DNA of 64,000 nt from an uncultured Pelagibacteraceae bacterium (GCA_902574695.1 CACGON010000001.1:189315-253314), one strand, 5' to 3'; positions 52,599 through 63,219 are shown, numbered from the stretch's first letter. The notes: generated by a model not told the origin, from the sequence alone. Numbers and translations are program-made.

Positions 52599-53065
52599 TT
52601 TACATTTATTTGCCTTAGACACTCTGCAATTACTATTGAAGCCGAAGTAGATAAATTTAAGGATCTTTTTTTTCTGACCATTGGTATTTTAAGTTTATAT
52701 TTAACTATTTCATGTATTCTGTTAGGAACACCTGCACTTTCCTTGCCAAATAGAATAGTATCATTTTTTTTAAATTTAAAGTCAGTATAATTTTTTTTTG
52801 CTTTTGTGGTCATTAAAATTATCCTTTGCTGAGTTTTTTTTTTAAAAAACTCTTCTGAACTTTCAAAAAATTTAATTTCCTTCATATCCATATAATCCAT
52901 TACAACTCTTTTGAACCTTTTATCACTTATTAAGAAACCACATGGCTCAATAATTTCAAGTTTAGCTCCCAAACATGAGCAGGTCCTTATTATAGAGGCA
53001 GTATTTTGTGGTATATCTGGCTCATATAGCGCTATTTTAACACCTGAACTGGCTTTATGTGTCAT
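52595..53065 (-). CDS. trmL: tRNA (cytidine/uridine-34 2'-O)-methyltransferase
   Basis: PDIPQNT, IEPCGF, FGKESAG, IPM...RSLNLS. Confidence 0.93.
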   Translation of the reverse strand: MTHKASSGVKIALYEPDIPQNTASIIRTCSCLGAKLEIIEPCGFLISDKRFKRVVMDYMDMKEIKFFESSEEFFKKKTQQRIILMTTKAKKNYTDFKFKKNDTILFGKESAGVPNRIHEIVKYKLKIPMVRKKRSLNLSTSASIVIAECLRQINVK

Positions 53066-53136
53066 TCTTTCAGTAGAAATTATTCATTTTTATATTATAT
53101 GAAATCATATATTAGGTAACCTAACTATAATTATAA

Positions 53137-53646
53137 ATGTCCGAAAAAAAAGTAAATAGAAGAGATTTTATATTTACAGCCACTTATGCGGTAGGGGCTG
53201 TAGGAGCAGCAGCGGTAGTATGGCCTCTAGTTGATCAAATGAATCCTGATGCTTCAGTTAAGGCATTAGCAAGTACTGAGGTAGATGTGAGCTCAGTAGA
53301 ACCTGGAAAAACAATAACTGTTTTATGGAGAGGGAAACCAGTTTTTATAAAGAGAAGAACCCAGGAAGAAATTAATGAAGCAAGATCAGTAAAAATGGAA
53401 GATTTGCCAGATCCGCAGAAAGATGAGGATCGAGCAAAAGATCCTGAGTGGTTAGTGATGCTTGGAGTTTGTACTCATCTTGGATGTGTTCCTTTAAATG
53501 ACAAAGGTGATTATAATGGTTGGTTCTGTCCATGTCACGGCTCTCATTATGATACTTCTGGAAGAATAAGGAAAGGACCTGCCCCGACTAATATGGCAAT
53601 TCCAAACTATGAATTTTTAGATAACAAAATAATAAAGATTGGATAA
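53137..53646 (+). CDS. petA: Rieske Fe-S subunit of the bc1 complex
   Basis: Tat motif RRDF, CTHLGC, CPCHGS. Confidence 0.99.
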   Translation: MSEKKVNRRDFIFTATYAVGAVGAAAVVWPLVDQMNPDASVKALASTEVDVSSVEPGKTITVLWRGKPVFIKRRTQEEINEARSVKMEDLPDPQKDEDRAKDPEWLVMLGVCTHLGCVPLNDKGDYNGWFCPCHGSHYDTSGRIRKGPAPTNMAIPNYEFLDNKIIKIG

Positions 53647-53653
53647 ATTACAA

Positions 53654-54913
53654 ATGAGTGATCACAATTATACACCTAAATCTAAAGTCGGTAAGTGGTT
53701 TAATGATAGACTACCATTATTATCTTTAGTAAACCATCTTACAGATTATCCAACACCAAAAAATTTAAATTACTGGTGGACCTTTGGTGGAATCTTAACA
53801 TTTTGTTTGATAACTCAAATTATAACAGGATTAACTTTAGCTATGCATTATATTGCTCATGCTGACATGGCTTTTGATAGCGTAGAACATATAATGAGAG
53901 ATGTTAATTATGGATGGCTTATAAGATATATACATTCAAATGGCGCATCAATGTTTTTTCTTGCAGTTTATATTCACATTTTTAGATCTTTGTTTTATGG
54001 TTCTTATAAAGCTCCGAGAGAAATTATTTGGATTTTAGGTATTATAATTTATTTATTAATGATGGCAGCGGCCTTTATGGGTTACGTTTTGCCATGGGGT
54101 CAAATGAGTTTTTGGGGAGCAACAGTAATAACTAATCTTTTTAGCGCTATCCCATTAGTGGGCGAGGGAATAGTTACTTGGTTATGGGGAGGTTACTCTG
54201 TTGACAATCCAACCTTAACCAGATTTTTTACATTACATTATTTAATTCCTTTTTTAATTTTAGGTTTGGTAGTACTGCATATTTGGGCTTTGCATGTACC
54301 AGGAAATAACAATCCCGTAGGTATTGATATTAAGAAACCTTCTAAGGATACTGTTCCATTTCATCCATACATAGTTATCAAAGATACATTTGCATTACTA
54401 ATGTTTATGATAATTTTTGCTTTTTTTGTATTTTACTCTCCAAATATTTTGGGCCATGCTGATAACTACATAGAAGCAAATCCAATGGTTACGCCTGCTC
54501 ATATTGTTCCCGAATGGTACTTATTACCTTTTTATGCAATATTAAGATCTGTGCCTGATAAATTGCTTGGTGTAATTGCTATGTTGTCTGCAATTTTAAT
54601 ATTAGCTGCTCTACCGTGGTTAGACACTTCTAAGATTAGATCAGCTGTGTTTAGACCACTATATAGACAGTTCTATTGGATATTAGTTTTAGATGTTCTA
54701 GTTCTTGGATATGTTGGAGCGATGCCGGCTGAAGGCTTGTACTTATTAATAGCAAGAGTTGCTACAGCATATTATTTTGCGCATTTTTTAATAATACTTC
54801 CACTACTAGGATTTAAAGAAAAGACATTACCTCTTCCGTTTAGTATTACGGACCCAGTTTTAGGAGGTTCAGCAAATCTATCAATGGCAAAAAATGACAA
54901 AACCAAAGGTTAA
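53654..54913 (+). CDS. petB: Cytochrome b
   Basis: [33 protein letters not shown]. Confidence 0.99.
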   Translation: MSDHNYTPKSKVGKWFNDRLPLLSLVNHLTDYPTPKNLNYWWTFGGILTFCLITQIITGLTLAMHYIAHADMAFDSVEHIMRDVNYGWLIRYIHSNGASMFFLAVYIHIFRSLFYGSYKAPREIIWILGIIIYLLMMAAAFMGYVLPWGQMSFWGATVITNLFSAIPLVGEGIVTWLWGGYSVDNPTLTRFFTLHYLIPFLILGLVVLHIWALHVPGNNNPVGIDIKKPSKDTVPFHPYIVIKDTFALLMFMIIFAFFVFYSPNILGHADNYIEANPMVTPAHIVPEWYLLPFYAILRSVPDKLLGVIAMLSAILILAALPWLDTSKIRSAVFRPLYRQFYWILVLDVLVLGYVGAMPAEGLYLLIARVATAYYFAHFLIILPLLGFKEKTLPLPFSITDPVLGGSANLSMAKNDKTKG

Positions 54914-55696
54914 TTGGTGAAAAAAATCTTATTAATTTTGTCAACTATTCTAATATCTATTTCCACAACTCATAAAATTAATAGCGCAGAAAAAGTTGAT
55001 TTATTGAAAACAGAATGGACATTTAAAGGTCCACTAGGTAAATTCGATAGAGCTTCACTGCAAAGAGGTTATCAAGTTTATACTGAAGTATGTGCCGCTT
55101 GCCATTCCATGAAATATTTAAGTTATAGAAATTTAATGGAAAAAGGAGGCCCAGAATTTTCAGAAGCTCAAACTAAAGCAATAGCTGCTAATTTTGAGGT
55201 AAATGACGGTCCTAATGCTGATGGAGAAATGTTTACTAGACCAGCAAGATTATCTGATAAATTTCCAATGCCCTATCCTAATGATAAAGCAGCTCAAGCA
55301 GCTAACGGTGGAGCGTATCCACCAGACATGTCAGTTTTAGCTAAAGCACGAAAAGGAGGTGTTGATTATCTATATTCAGTATTACTTGGTTATGAGGATC
55401 CACCGCAAGGAGTTAATCTAGATGAAGGTGTTTATTATAATAAATTTATGTACGGAAATAAAATTAAAATGCCTAAACCCTTAGAGGATGATTTGATAGA
55501 ATATGGTGACGGTACACCAGCAACAGAGGAGCAGATGGCAAAGGATGTAGTTGCTTTTTTAATGTGGTCAGCTGAGCCCCATCTTGAGGCAAGACATAAG
55601 ATGGGTTTTAGAGCAATAATTTATTTAACTATTTTAACAATTTTAGTTTATTTCAGTATGAAAAAGATTTGGTCACGTGTTGAAACGGAAGTTTAA
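54914..55696 (+). CDS. petC: Cytochrome c1
   Basis: LQRGYQVY.EVCAACH, PPD.S, MP.PL, C-terminal TM; start TTG 54914 or GTG 54917. Confidence 0.98.
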   Translation: MVKKILLILSTILISISTTHKINSAEKVDLLKTEWTFKGPLGKFDRASLQRGYQVYTEVCAACHSMKYLSYRNLMEKGGPEFSEAQTKAIAANFEVNDGPNADGEMFTRPARLSDKFPMPYPNDKAAQAANGGAYPPDMSVLAKARKGGVDYLYSVLLGYEDPPQGVNLDEGVYYNKFMYGNKIKMPKPLEDDLIEYGDGTPATEEQMAKDVVAFLMWSAEPHLEARHKMGFRAIIYLTILTILVYFSMKKIWSRVETEV

Positions 55697-56746
55697 TACA
55701 TCGCCATCCTTTACTATATAATCTTTTCCTTCAAGCCTCATTTTTCCGTTATTCCTAGATTGAAGCCATCCATGATTTTCTACAAAATCATTATACGAAA
55801 CTGTTTCTGCTTTAATAAAACCTTTTTCAAAATCAGAATGAATCTGCCCAGCTGCCTTTGGAGCTGCGCTATTTTTTTTAATTGTCCATGCTCTTGTTTC
55901 TTCAGGACCAGACGTAAAAAATGTATCTAATTCTAATATATCATACCCTTTTCTGATCATAAGCTTTAAACCTGTTTCCTGGGATCCTATCATTTCCATA
56001 TAGTTCAACTTTTCCTCGTCTTTTAATAGATTTATTTGATTTTCAATATCAGCAGAAATTATTATCGTATTTTTTTCGCCAAATTTGTTCTTAAAGTCGT
56101 TTGTATATTTATTCCCATTTTTAATACTCTCCTCATCAACATTACATACAAATATTTTTGGTTTAAGAGTTAAAAGTCCAGATCTATTTAAAGATTTTAA
56201 ACTATACTCATCAGTTAGTATTTTAATACTTTTATTATTATTTAAGCAATCATTAGCGCTTTCTAAAATCTGCTGTTGCTCGATATCTAAATTTTTTTTA
56301 TTTTTTTTATCAAGCCTTTTTTGAATTGACTCTAAATCAGCTAGCATCATTTCGGTTTCAATAATTTCTAAATCACGAATAGGATCAACTGTTCCATTAA
56401 CATTTTGAATGTCAGAAGAGTCAAAACATCTAATCATATGAATAATTGCATCTACCTCTCGAATATGAGAAAGAAATTTATTTCCTAGACCTTCACCTTT
56501 TGATGCACCTTTAACCAATCCAGCTATATCGACAAAGGAAATAGTTGTATTTATTTTTTTTTTTGATTTTGACACCTCTGCTAATTTGTCTAATCTATTG
56601 TCTGGTACCGGCACAATACCTATGTTTGGATCGATAGTACAAAAAGGAAAATTTGCAGCCTGAGCCTTGGATGAGTTTGTTAATGCATTAAACAATGTAG
56701 ATTTACCTACATTTGGTAGTCCTACGATACCGCATTTAAAACTCAT
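55673..56746 (-). CDS. ychF: Redox-regulated ATPase YchF
   Basis: GIVGLPNVGKSTLFNALT, NFPFCTIDPN, DIAGLV.GAS.GEGLGN. Confidence 0.98.
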   Translation of the reverse strand: MSFKCGIVGLPNVGKSTLFNALTNSSKAQAANFPFCTIDPNIGIVPVPDNRLDKLAEVSKSKKKINTTISFVDIAGLVKGASKGEGLGNKFLSHIREVDAIIHMIRCFDSSDIQNVNGTVDPIRDLEIIETEMMLADLESIQKRLDKKNKKNLDIEQQQILESANDCLNNNKSIKILTDEYSLKSLNRSGLLTLKPKIFVCNVDEESIKNGNKYTNDFKNKFGEKNTIIISADIENQINLLKDEEKLNYMEMIGSQETGLKLMIRKGYDILELDTFFTSGPEETRAWTIKKNSAAPKAAGQIHSDFEKGFIKAETVSYNDFVENHGWLQSRNNGKMRLEGKDYIVKDGDVLNFRFNT

Positions 56747-56749
56747 TGT

Positions 56750-57310
56750 TTATTTATTATTAACAGTACTTGAAAATAAATCTAATTTTTTATCCAATAA
56801 TATCGGTAGAGACTCAGTAATATTTTTTGTAATTGTGCCAATTTCCTCTTTTTCCTCGTCATTAAAATCTTGAAGTACATGATCAGATACTTCTATATTA
56901 TTTTTTGGTTGTCCAATTCCTATTCTAACTCTTGAATATTCTTTTCCAATAAATTTATCTATTGACTCAATCCCATTATGCCCTGCACTTGATCCACCAA
57001 ATTTAGTTTTAATTTTACCAAAATCAATATCGAGGTCATCATGAAAAACTATTACATCTTCTGCTTCTATTTTAAAATACTCAATTAGTTCCCTAATACA
57101 TACTCCTGAATTATTCATAAATGTAAGAGGTTTAATTGCATAAACCTTTTTTCCATTAATTGTCCCAGTTGTAAGCAAACCTTTAAATTTAGGTTTTTGC
57201 TTTGATAATCCAAATTTTTGATTTATTGCATCTATTATTTTGAAACCAATATTATGTCTATTATCTTCAGAATTTGGCGTTGGATTACCTAAGCCGACAA
57301 ATAAAAGCAT
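56750..57310 (-). CDS. pth: Peptidyl-tRNA hydrolase
   Basis: GLGNP, RHNIGF, KP.TFMN.SG, HDDLD, GHNG. Confidence 0.98.
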   Translation of the reverse strand: MLLFVGLGNPTPNSEDNRHNIGFKIIDAINQKFGLSKQKPKFKGLLTTGTINGKKVYAIKPLTFMNNSGVCIRELIEYFKIEAEDVIVFHDDLDIDFGKIKTKFGGSSAGHNGIESIDKFIGKEYSRVRIGIGQPKNNIEVSDHVLQDFNDEEKEEIGTITKNITESLPILLDKKLDLFSSTVNNK

Positions 57311-57342
57311 ATATTATAAATTGTTAAAATTTTTCAAATGAT

Positions 57343-58086
57343 TTATTTTTTTTCAGGTGCAGGCTTCTTTTCATCACCTTTTTTAGCATCATCTTTTTTA
57401 TCAGTTTTATCACCTTCGGTTGCTGCTGCTTTTGCATCACCTTCAGCTCCCTCAGCTTTGGTTGTTGCATCACCTTCAGTTCCCTCAGCTCCTTCAGTAG
57501 TCTCAGCTGGTTTTTCTGGCTCTTTAATTACGGTTGGAGCTGCAAGTGTTGCTACAACAAAATCTCTTCCTCGAATTGTAGGAGTAACATTATCTGGTAA
57601 TTCAATAGAAGAAATTTTAAAACTTTGACCAATATCTACACCCTCTAGATCCACAACTAGTTCAGATGGAATATTTTCAGTAGGGCAGTTTAGTTCGACT
57701 TTTCTTCTTACTATATTTAATACACCACCTCTTTTTAATCCAGGGCAATTGTCATTATTTATAAATTTAACTGGTATTTCTAAAGTGACTTTTCCACCCT
57801 TAACAATTCTTAAAAAATCTACATGGATGGGTTCATCAGTAACGGTATCAAATACTACTTCTCTTGGAAGAACACTTAGGTCTTGGCCTTCGATCTTAAT
57901 ACTTATTATATTTGATAAAAAATTTTCCTTATCAATAAGAATTTTGAGGGCTTTTTTTGAGAATGAAATATTTTGATTTTTATCTTTACCACCATAAATA
58001 ACAGCAGGAATTTCTCCTTTTGCTCTTAATAAATTAAGATCCCCTTTTGTTTTGGTCGAACGAGTGTTTGCGTCAATAGAATTCAT
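57343..58086 (-). CDS. rplY: 50S ribosomal protein L25 / Ctc with acidic low-complexity tail
   Basis: R..G.IPAVIYG, HVDF, PGLKRGGVLN; prs-rplY-pth-ychF order. Confidence 0.96.
   Translation of the reverse strand: MNSIDANTRSTKTKGDLNLLRAKGEIPAVIYGGKDKNQNISFSKKALKILIDKENFLSNIISIKIEGQDLSVLPREVVFDTVTDEPIHVDFLRIVKGGKVTLEIPVKFINNDNCPGLKRGGVLNIVRRKVELNCPTENIPSELVVDLEGVDIGQSFKISSIELPDNVTPTIRGRDFVVATLAAPTVIKEPEKPAETTEGAEGTEGDATTKAEGAEGDAKAAATEGDKTDKKDDAKKGDEKKPAPEKK
57432..57490. repeat. 26-bp direct repeat x2 (period 33) in the rplY tail
   Basis: TTGCATCACCTTCAG(C/T)TCCCTCAGCT at 57432 and 57465, encoding AEG(T/A)EGDA. Confidence 0.8.
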
Positions 58087-58098
58087 AAAAACAATGGC

Positions 58099-58127
58099 GT
58101 TTTAACCCAACTTTTTTAATAACTCAA
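58099..58127 (-). promoter_or_regulatory. Putative sigma70 promoter of rplY
   Basis: Minus strand TTGAGT-N17-TAAAAC in the 46-bp prs/rplY gap. Confidence 0.4.
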
Positions 58128-58132
58128 GTAAA

Positions 58133-59065
58133 TTATTTGAACAAATCAGAAACAGAAGTAGAGTTTGAAATCCTTTTTAAAGCCTCTCCCAATAAATTAG
58201 AAATACTCAATACTTCAATGTTTTTTGCATTTTTTAATTTTTTTGAATTATCAATTGTATCAGTTACAACCAAATTTTTTATTGGGGAATTTTTGATTTT
58301 ATTTACAGCCTCACCACTTAATACTCCATGTGTTATATATACATGAATTTCCTTTGCCCCTTTGCTCTTCAACATTCTTGCTGCATTAACAATTGTTCCA
58401 CCTGAGTCGATTATATCATCTACCATAATGCATATTTTATTTTTAACATTTCCAATAATGTTCATGACCTCAGATTTTCCAGGTGACGGCCGTCTTTTGT
58501 CTACAATTGCTAAATTAGTATTTAAAAGTTTACTTAATCCTCTTGTTCTCGCTACACCTCCTACATCTGGTGAAACACAAACAATATTATTTAATTTTAA
58601 CTTTTTTTTAATATGCCTAGAGAATATAGGCGTTGCATATAAGTTATCAACAGGGATATCAAAAAAACCTTGAATTTGTCCAGCATGCAAATCAACGGTA
58701 ACAACTCTATCTGCTCCAGCTTTTGTTATTAAATTTGAAATAAGCTTTGCTGAAATAGATGTTCTTGGCACAACCTTCCTATCTTGTCTAGCATAACCAA
58801 AATAAGGAATTACTGCTGTAATATTTTTTGCAGAAGATCTTTTTAGTGCATCAATACATAAAAGCATTTCGAGTAAATTATCATTTGCTGGTGATGATAT
58901 TGACTGAACTAAAAAAATATTATTACCTCTTATATTTTCATTTATTTCAACGTAAATCTCTCCATCTGCAAATTTTTTTATATTTGAGTTAACTAATTTA
59001 GTTTTAAGATACTTTGATAGTTTTTGACTGAGATTTTTATTACTATTTCCTGTTAATAATTTCAT
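58133..59065 (-). CDS. prs: Ribose-phosphate pyrophosphokinase
   Basis: FADGE, PYFGYARQDRK, DLHAGQIQGFF, SPDVGG, DDIIDSGGT. Confidence 0.98.
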   Translation of the reverse strand: MKLLTGNSNKNLSQKLSKYLKTKLVNSNIKKFADGEIYVEINENIRGNNIFLVQSISSPANDNLLEMLLCIDALKRSSAKNITAVIPYFGYARQDRKVVPRTSISAKLISNLITKAGADRVVTVDLHAGQIQGFFDIPVDNLYATPIFSRHIKKKLKLNNIVCVSPDVGGVARTRGLSKLLNTNLAIVDKRRPSPGKSEVMNIIGNVKNKICIMVDDIIDSGGTIVNAARMLKSKGAKEIHVYITHGVLSGEAVNKIKNSPIKNLVVTDTIDNSKKLKNAKNIEVLSISNLLGEALKRISNSTSVSDLFK

Positions 59066-59074
59066 TGAGAATAC

Positions 59075-59830
59075 CTAATTAATCATAATTAATGAAATAT
59101 TTCTACCATAATCATTCTGTTTTTTAGACAATGATCTTCTCGCACTGAAATAACTATTATTTCCTGAAAATGTGTCTTTATTAAGATATTCAATTTTTTT
59201 TACTCCAAGATTTTTTATCTGCTTAATTAAATAGTCCTTTAAGCTGAATAATATTTTTTTTTTAGAAAATTTAAAAAAAATAATATTCTTTCTGCTTTGT
59301 TTAAGAAATAGCTTAAGAAAATCACCTTTTACCTCGTAATTTTTTTGCGAAATGCAAGGTCCAATTGCAATTACCATGTTATTTACTTTTGATCCCTTTT
59401 TTATAAAAAATTTAATTACCTTTGTGATAATGCCTTTGTATGCACCTTTCCATCCAGCGTGAACAGCTGCTATCATATTTGTTTTTGGATCATATAAAAT
59501 AATTGGAGCACAATCAGCAGTTAGAATTCCAATTGGTATATTTTTTGATTTAGTAATAACAGCATCACACTTGACTCGTTTAACTTTAATCATTTTAGAA
59601 ATATAATAAAATTTATTGCTATGAAACTGTTTGGGTAAAAAAATATTTCGATTCTTAGATTTAATTTTGTTGATTACAATTTTTAAATTATTTTTTATAT
59701 CTTTTTTTTTGTCTTTTGAACCAATACCACAATTAAGACTTTTATAGATACCTTTTGATACGCCACCCCTTGATCCGAAGAACCCATGCGTTATATTCTT
59801 AAATTTTGATAATTTTTTTGATCTTATCAA
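59075..59830 (-). CDS. pgeF: PgeF/YfiH family (peptidoglycan editing factor, laccase-like domain)
   Basis: HGFF...GG.S.G...SLN, Q.HS, TADCAP, HAGWKG, GPCI, FSARR. Confidence 0.9.
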   Translation of the reverse strand: MIRSKKLSKFKNITHGFFGSRGGVSKGIYKSLNCGIGSKDKKKDIKNNLKIVINKIKSKNRNIFLPKQFHSNKFYYISKMIKVKRVKCDAVITKSKNIPIGILTADCAPIILYDPKTNMIAAVHAGWKGAYKGIITKVIKFFIKKGSKVNNMVIAIGPCISQKNYEVKGDFLKLFLKQSRKNIIFFKFSKKKILFSLKDYLIKQIKNLGVKKIEYLNKDTFSGNNSYFSARRSLSKKQNDYGRNISLIMIN

Positions 59831-59832
59831 TT

Positions 59833-60879
59833 TTAAAATCCAATTCTAAATTTAGATTTATTATTTGTTAACAACATTACTTTAAATACCTCTCCCATAA
59901 AATTTTTACTAATAAGTTTATTTAATCTATAAAAAATATTTGCTTTTTCAGTAAATGATAAGTTTTTTGACACAATCTCTGCTCTTTCCAAAATGCCCAT
60001 ATTTTTCAAAAAATCACCTTGTGTTGTAAGGCCAGCAACTTTTAGATTATTTTTCATCGCAATTTTTTTTAAAAAGTTAAAAGAAAGACTGTATGTAATA
60101 TCACATTTTTTATAATATTTTAAAATATTGACAATTTTATGATTGGCAAAACCACGAAGTGTATTTCTCATTTTTTTATCATAATAACCATAATCAATAA
60201 TTAAAACTCCCCCATCATTATTTTTAATTATTTTAGAAATTAAATTTAAATATTCTATGCCCACCTTTGAAATTTCTAAAAAATTTTGATCTTTACTTAT
60301 TTTAAAACCAATTTTTTTATCTAACAAATTAATATCTGTCTCTTTATCAATAAAATTCCAATTTTTAGATTTTGATAAATATACTTTTCTTTCTTTCCAA
60401 ATTTTATCATTTTTTAAAAATTGCTTTACTGGCAGCGCATCGAAAAACTCATTTGCTATAAAGAGACTTGGTGCTTTTTGAATTTTTCTTAGATCGCTTA
60501 CCCATGATACATTTTTATCCCTGATTAAAATTTTCTGTTTTTTTTTTAATAAAGGACTTTTCTCATGGATATAGAGTTTATAAATATTTTTAAAATTTGG
60601 AAATTTATTTAGGGTTGCTAAAATATTTTTGGATAAATCTCCATTTCCACCTCCTAAATCAATTATATTTATTTTGTTTGGTTTGTTTAGGTTTTCCCAA
60701 AAACTCAAGATCCATATTGATAACATTTCAGAAAAAAAAATTGATATATTTGCCGACGTAATAAAATCTCCCTTTTTTCCAAAAGGGTTTTTAGACATAT
60801 AGTAACCATCTTTTTTGTTGTAAAGAGATTGATATATAAATTTGTCTAAATCAATTGACTTATTATTTTTATTTTTCAT
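59833..60879 (-). CDS. SAM-dependent methyltransferase, MidA/NDUFAF7 family
   Basis: GYY....FG..GDFITS..IS..F.E, ANEFFDALP, IDYG, DIT; lgt-midA-pgeF order. Confidence 0.9.
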   Translation of the reverse strand: MKNKNNKSIDLDKFIYQSLYNKKDGYYMSKNPFGKKGDFITSANISIFFSEMLSIWILSFWENLNKPNKINIIDLGGGNGDLSKNILATLNKFPNFKNIYKLYIHEKSPLLKKKQKILIRDKNVSWVSDLRKIQKAPSLFIANEFFDALPVKQFLKNDKIWKERKVYLSKSKNWNFIDKETDINLLDKKIGFKISKDQNFLEISKVGIEYLNLISKIIKNNDGGVLIIDYGYYDKKMRNTLRGFANHKIVNILKYYKKCDITYSLSFNFLKKIAMKNNLKVAGLTTQGDFLKNMGILERAEIVSKNLSFTEKANIFYRLNKLISKNFMGEVFKVMLLTNNKSKFRIGF

Positions 60880-61636
60880 TTTTTTGAAGTAAATAGAAAC
60901 CAATTATAAAAAAAACAAAACACAAAACCTGGCCCATTGTTAAATTAAAAATTACATGCCCAATTTGAACATCTGGTTCTCTAAAAAATTCAATTACAAA
61001 TCTAAATGTTGAGTAAAAAATCAAAAATATTGAAGATATAAAACTCCTTTTTTTTAAAAAATCCTTTTTAACTAAAAAAAATAATATTAAAAATAATAAT
61101 AATCCCTCTAGGCTAGCCTCATATAATTGTGAAGGATGCCTAGGATAGTTATCAACTTTTAAAAATATAACCCCCCAAGGCACTGTTGATATTTTTCCGT
61201 ATAATTCTGAATTAATAAAATTTGCGACTCTACCAAAAAAGATTCCGATTGGAGCAACAAAAGATATTAAGTCTAAAAAAATAAACGAATTAAAATTATT
61301 TTTTTTTGAATAAATAACTGTTGCAATAATAACTCCAATTAGACCACCATGGAAAGACATGCCTCCTTTCCAAATCATAAAAATTTCAGTGAGGTTTAAA
61401 AGATAATACTCAAGATTATAAAAGAGCACATATCCCAATCTACCGCCTAAAATAATTCCCAAAATAATAAAACTAAGCAAATCATCTAAATTTGTAATTT
61501 GCTTTTGCTCTTTATCTAAAAATTTTTTAAGAATAACCCAACCTAAAATAATTCCAAATATATATGCTAGTGAATACCATCTTATTTCTAGAGAAAAAAT
61601 TGTTAGAGCTACTGGGTTAAAATTATTTATAAACAT
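60869..61636 (-). CDS. lgt: Prolipoprotein diacylglyceryl transferase
   Basis: IRWYSLAY, GGRLGYV, GGMSFHGG, GR.ANFIN.E, HPSQLYEA, EFFREPD. Confidence 0.98.
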   Translation of the reverse strand: MFINNFNPVALTIFSLEIRWYSLAYIFGIILGWVILKKFLDKEQKQITNLDDLLSFIILGIILGGRLGYVLFYNLEYYLLNLTEIFMIWKGGMSFHGGLIGVIIATVIYSKKNNFNSFIFLDLISFVAPIGIFFGRVANFINSELYGKISTVPWGVIFLKVDNYPRHPSQLYEASLEGLLLFLILFFLVKKDFLKKRSFISSIFLIFYSTFRFVIEFFREPDVQIGHVIFNLTMGQVLCFVFFIIGFYLLQKNEK

Positions 61637-61682
61637 TTTTATAAATATATTATAAGGTTATAATAATTTAAATAAGCATTAT

Positions 61683-61928
61683 ATGACAAAATCGAAGTTC
61701 GTATTTGAAAAATTTGCTAAGCTTGTGGAACAGGGACTGGTATCTTATAAAGATTTTAGCAATGAAATACTCAATATACTAAAATCTAAAAAAGACGAAT
61801 TTATTTTTAAATTAGACTTATCAACAAAGGAAGAATTGGAAGTTCTCAAAAAAAGAGTTGAGTCTATTGAAAGAAAATTAGAAAAAAAATCACAACAAAA
61901 AAAAACTAAAAAGGTAAAAAGATCTTAA
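61683..61928 (+). CDS. Accessory factor UbiK family protein
   Basis: LDL.T.EE.EV coiled-coil motif; divergent from lgt as in other alphaproteobacteria. Confidence 0.7.
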   Translation: MTKSKFVFEKFAKLVEQGLVSYKDFSNEILNILKSKKDEFIFKLDLSTKEELEVLKKRVESIERKLEKKSQQKKTKKVKRS

Positions 61929-63219
61929 CTCTTAGTCCTTTATGAGGTGAACTTTCTAACTTTATACTTCCACCATGGGACTGGATGATATCTGAAGCTA
62001 TAGACATACCAAGACCAACACTAGATTTTGCGTCTCCTCTACTTTTGTCAATTTTATAAAATGGCTTAAAAACATTTTCATATTCCTTTTGTGGTATACC
62101 TGGACCGTCATCATCAATTAAAATTACAATATTATTTGCAGTTTTCTTTAAATCAATGTTGATTTTGTCACCATATTTTAATGAATTATCTATAAAATTA
62201 TTTAAGCATCTTCTAATCAAATTTTTTCTACCACTGAATAAAATTTTTGATTTTTGTAAAAAGTTTATATTTTTATTTTCATATTTTTTAATAGTTTCAT
62301 AAACAAGGTTTGTAATATCAAAATTTTCATTTATTTCATTTGAACGATTTTTTGCAAATTGAAGATACTCATTCAACATTTTTTCCATTTCAATCACATC
62401 ATCAGACAACTTTTTCTCTATTTCTTTATCTTTAATAAATGAGAGTTGAAGTTTTATTCTTGTTAATGGTGTTCTTAAGTCGTGACTTATTCCAGATAGC
62501 ATTTCTGATCTCTGATTTAAATGTCTCATAATCCGTTTTCGCATTTTGTCAAATTCATAGCCAGCTTTTCTTATTTCCAATGCACCAGATGGTCTATATT
62601 CACCTATATCTTCACCTCGACCAAATCTTTCTGAGGCTCTTGCCAAATTTATTATTGGTCTAGTTTGATTTTTTAAAAAGATTAGGGCAACTACGATTAA
62701 CAAAAAAGCAGGTAAAGTTATCCATAATGCAAATATTCTGGCAGATGAATTAGTTATTCTATCTTTTGGAACTATAAATTGAAAATATCCATTTAAATAT
62801 TTTATTTTCAAATCTATAAAATTTTTTAACGAGGTTGTATCGAACCAATAATTTACAAACTTTGATTTAAGTTCTCGTCGTAAGGTTCTATCCATAGGAC
62901 TAAACCACCTCTCTAAATCCTCATCTGGCAACATTGCATAAGGAAAATATTCAACCTTGATCTCATGAGCATCTAAAAATAATTTAGTTAATGAGTCTTT
63001 ATCATATTGTTCATTATCAAAAGCACTTATAAAAAATTTTATTTCACCCAATAAAGCACGTGTCATTCCTTTATTTGTTTTGATCCATAAGCTATCAAAG
63101 AAAACAATCGAGATTGTAATTTGCAAAATAATAATTGGTGCAGCAACTATTAGTAGAGCCCTATAAAATAATTGTTTAGGTAATATTTTTTTTATTATAT
63201 TATTCAATCCATAAAACAT
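61906..63219 (-). CDS. EnvZ-like sensor histidine kinase
   Basis: 2 TM plus HAMP, SGISHDLRTPLTR, DN..KY, DDDGPGIP, GLGMSI; start ATG 63219 assumed. Confidence 0.93.
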   Translation of the reverse strand: MFYGLNNIIKKILPKQLFYRALLIVAAPIIILQITISIVFFDSLWIKTNKGMTRALLGEIKFFISAFDNEQYDKDSLTKLFLDAHEIKVEYFPYAMLPDEDLERWFSPMDRTLRRELKSKFVNYWFDTTSLKNFIDLKIKYLNGYFQFIVPKDRITNSSARIFALWITLPAFLLIVVALIFLKNQTRPIINLARASERFGRGEDIGEYRPSGALEIRKAGYEFDKMRKRIMRHLNQRSEMLSGISHDLRTPLTRIKLQLSFIKDKEIEKKLSDDVIEMEKMLNEYLQFAKNRSNEINENFDITNLVYETIKKYENKNINFLQKSKILFSGRKNLIRRCLNNFIDNSLKYGDKINIDLKKTANNIVILIDDDGPGIPQKEYENVFKPFYKIDKSRGDAKSSVGLGMSIASDIIQSHGGSIKLESSPHKGLRVKIFLPF

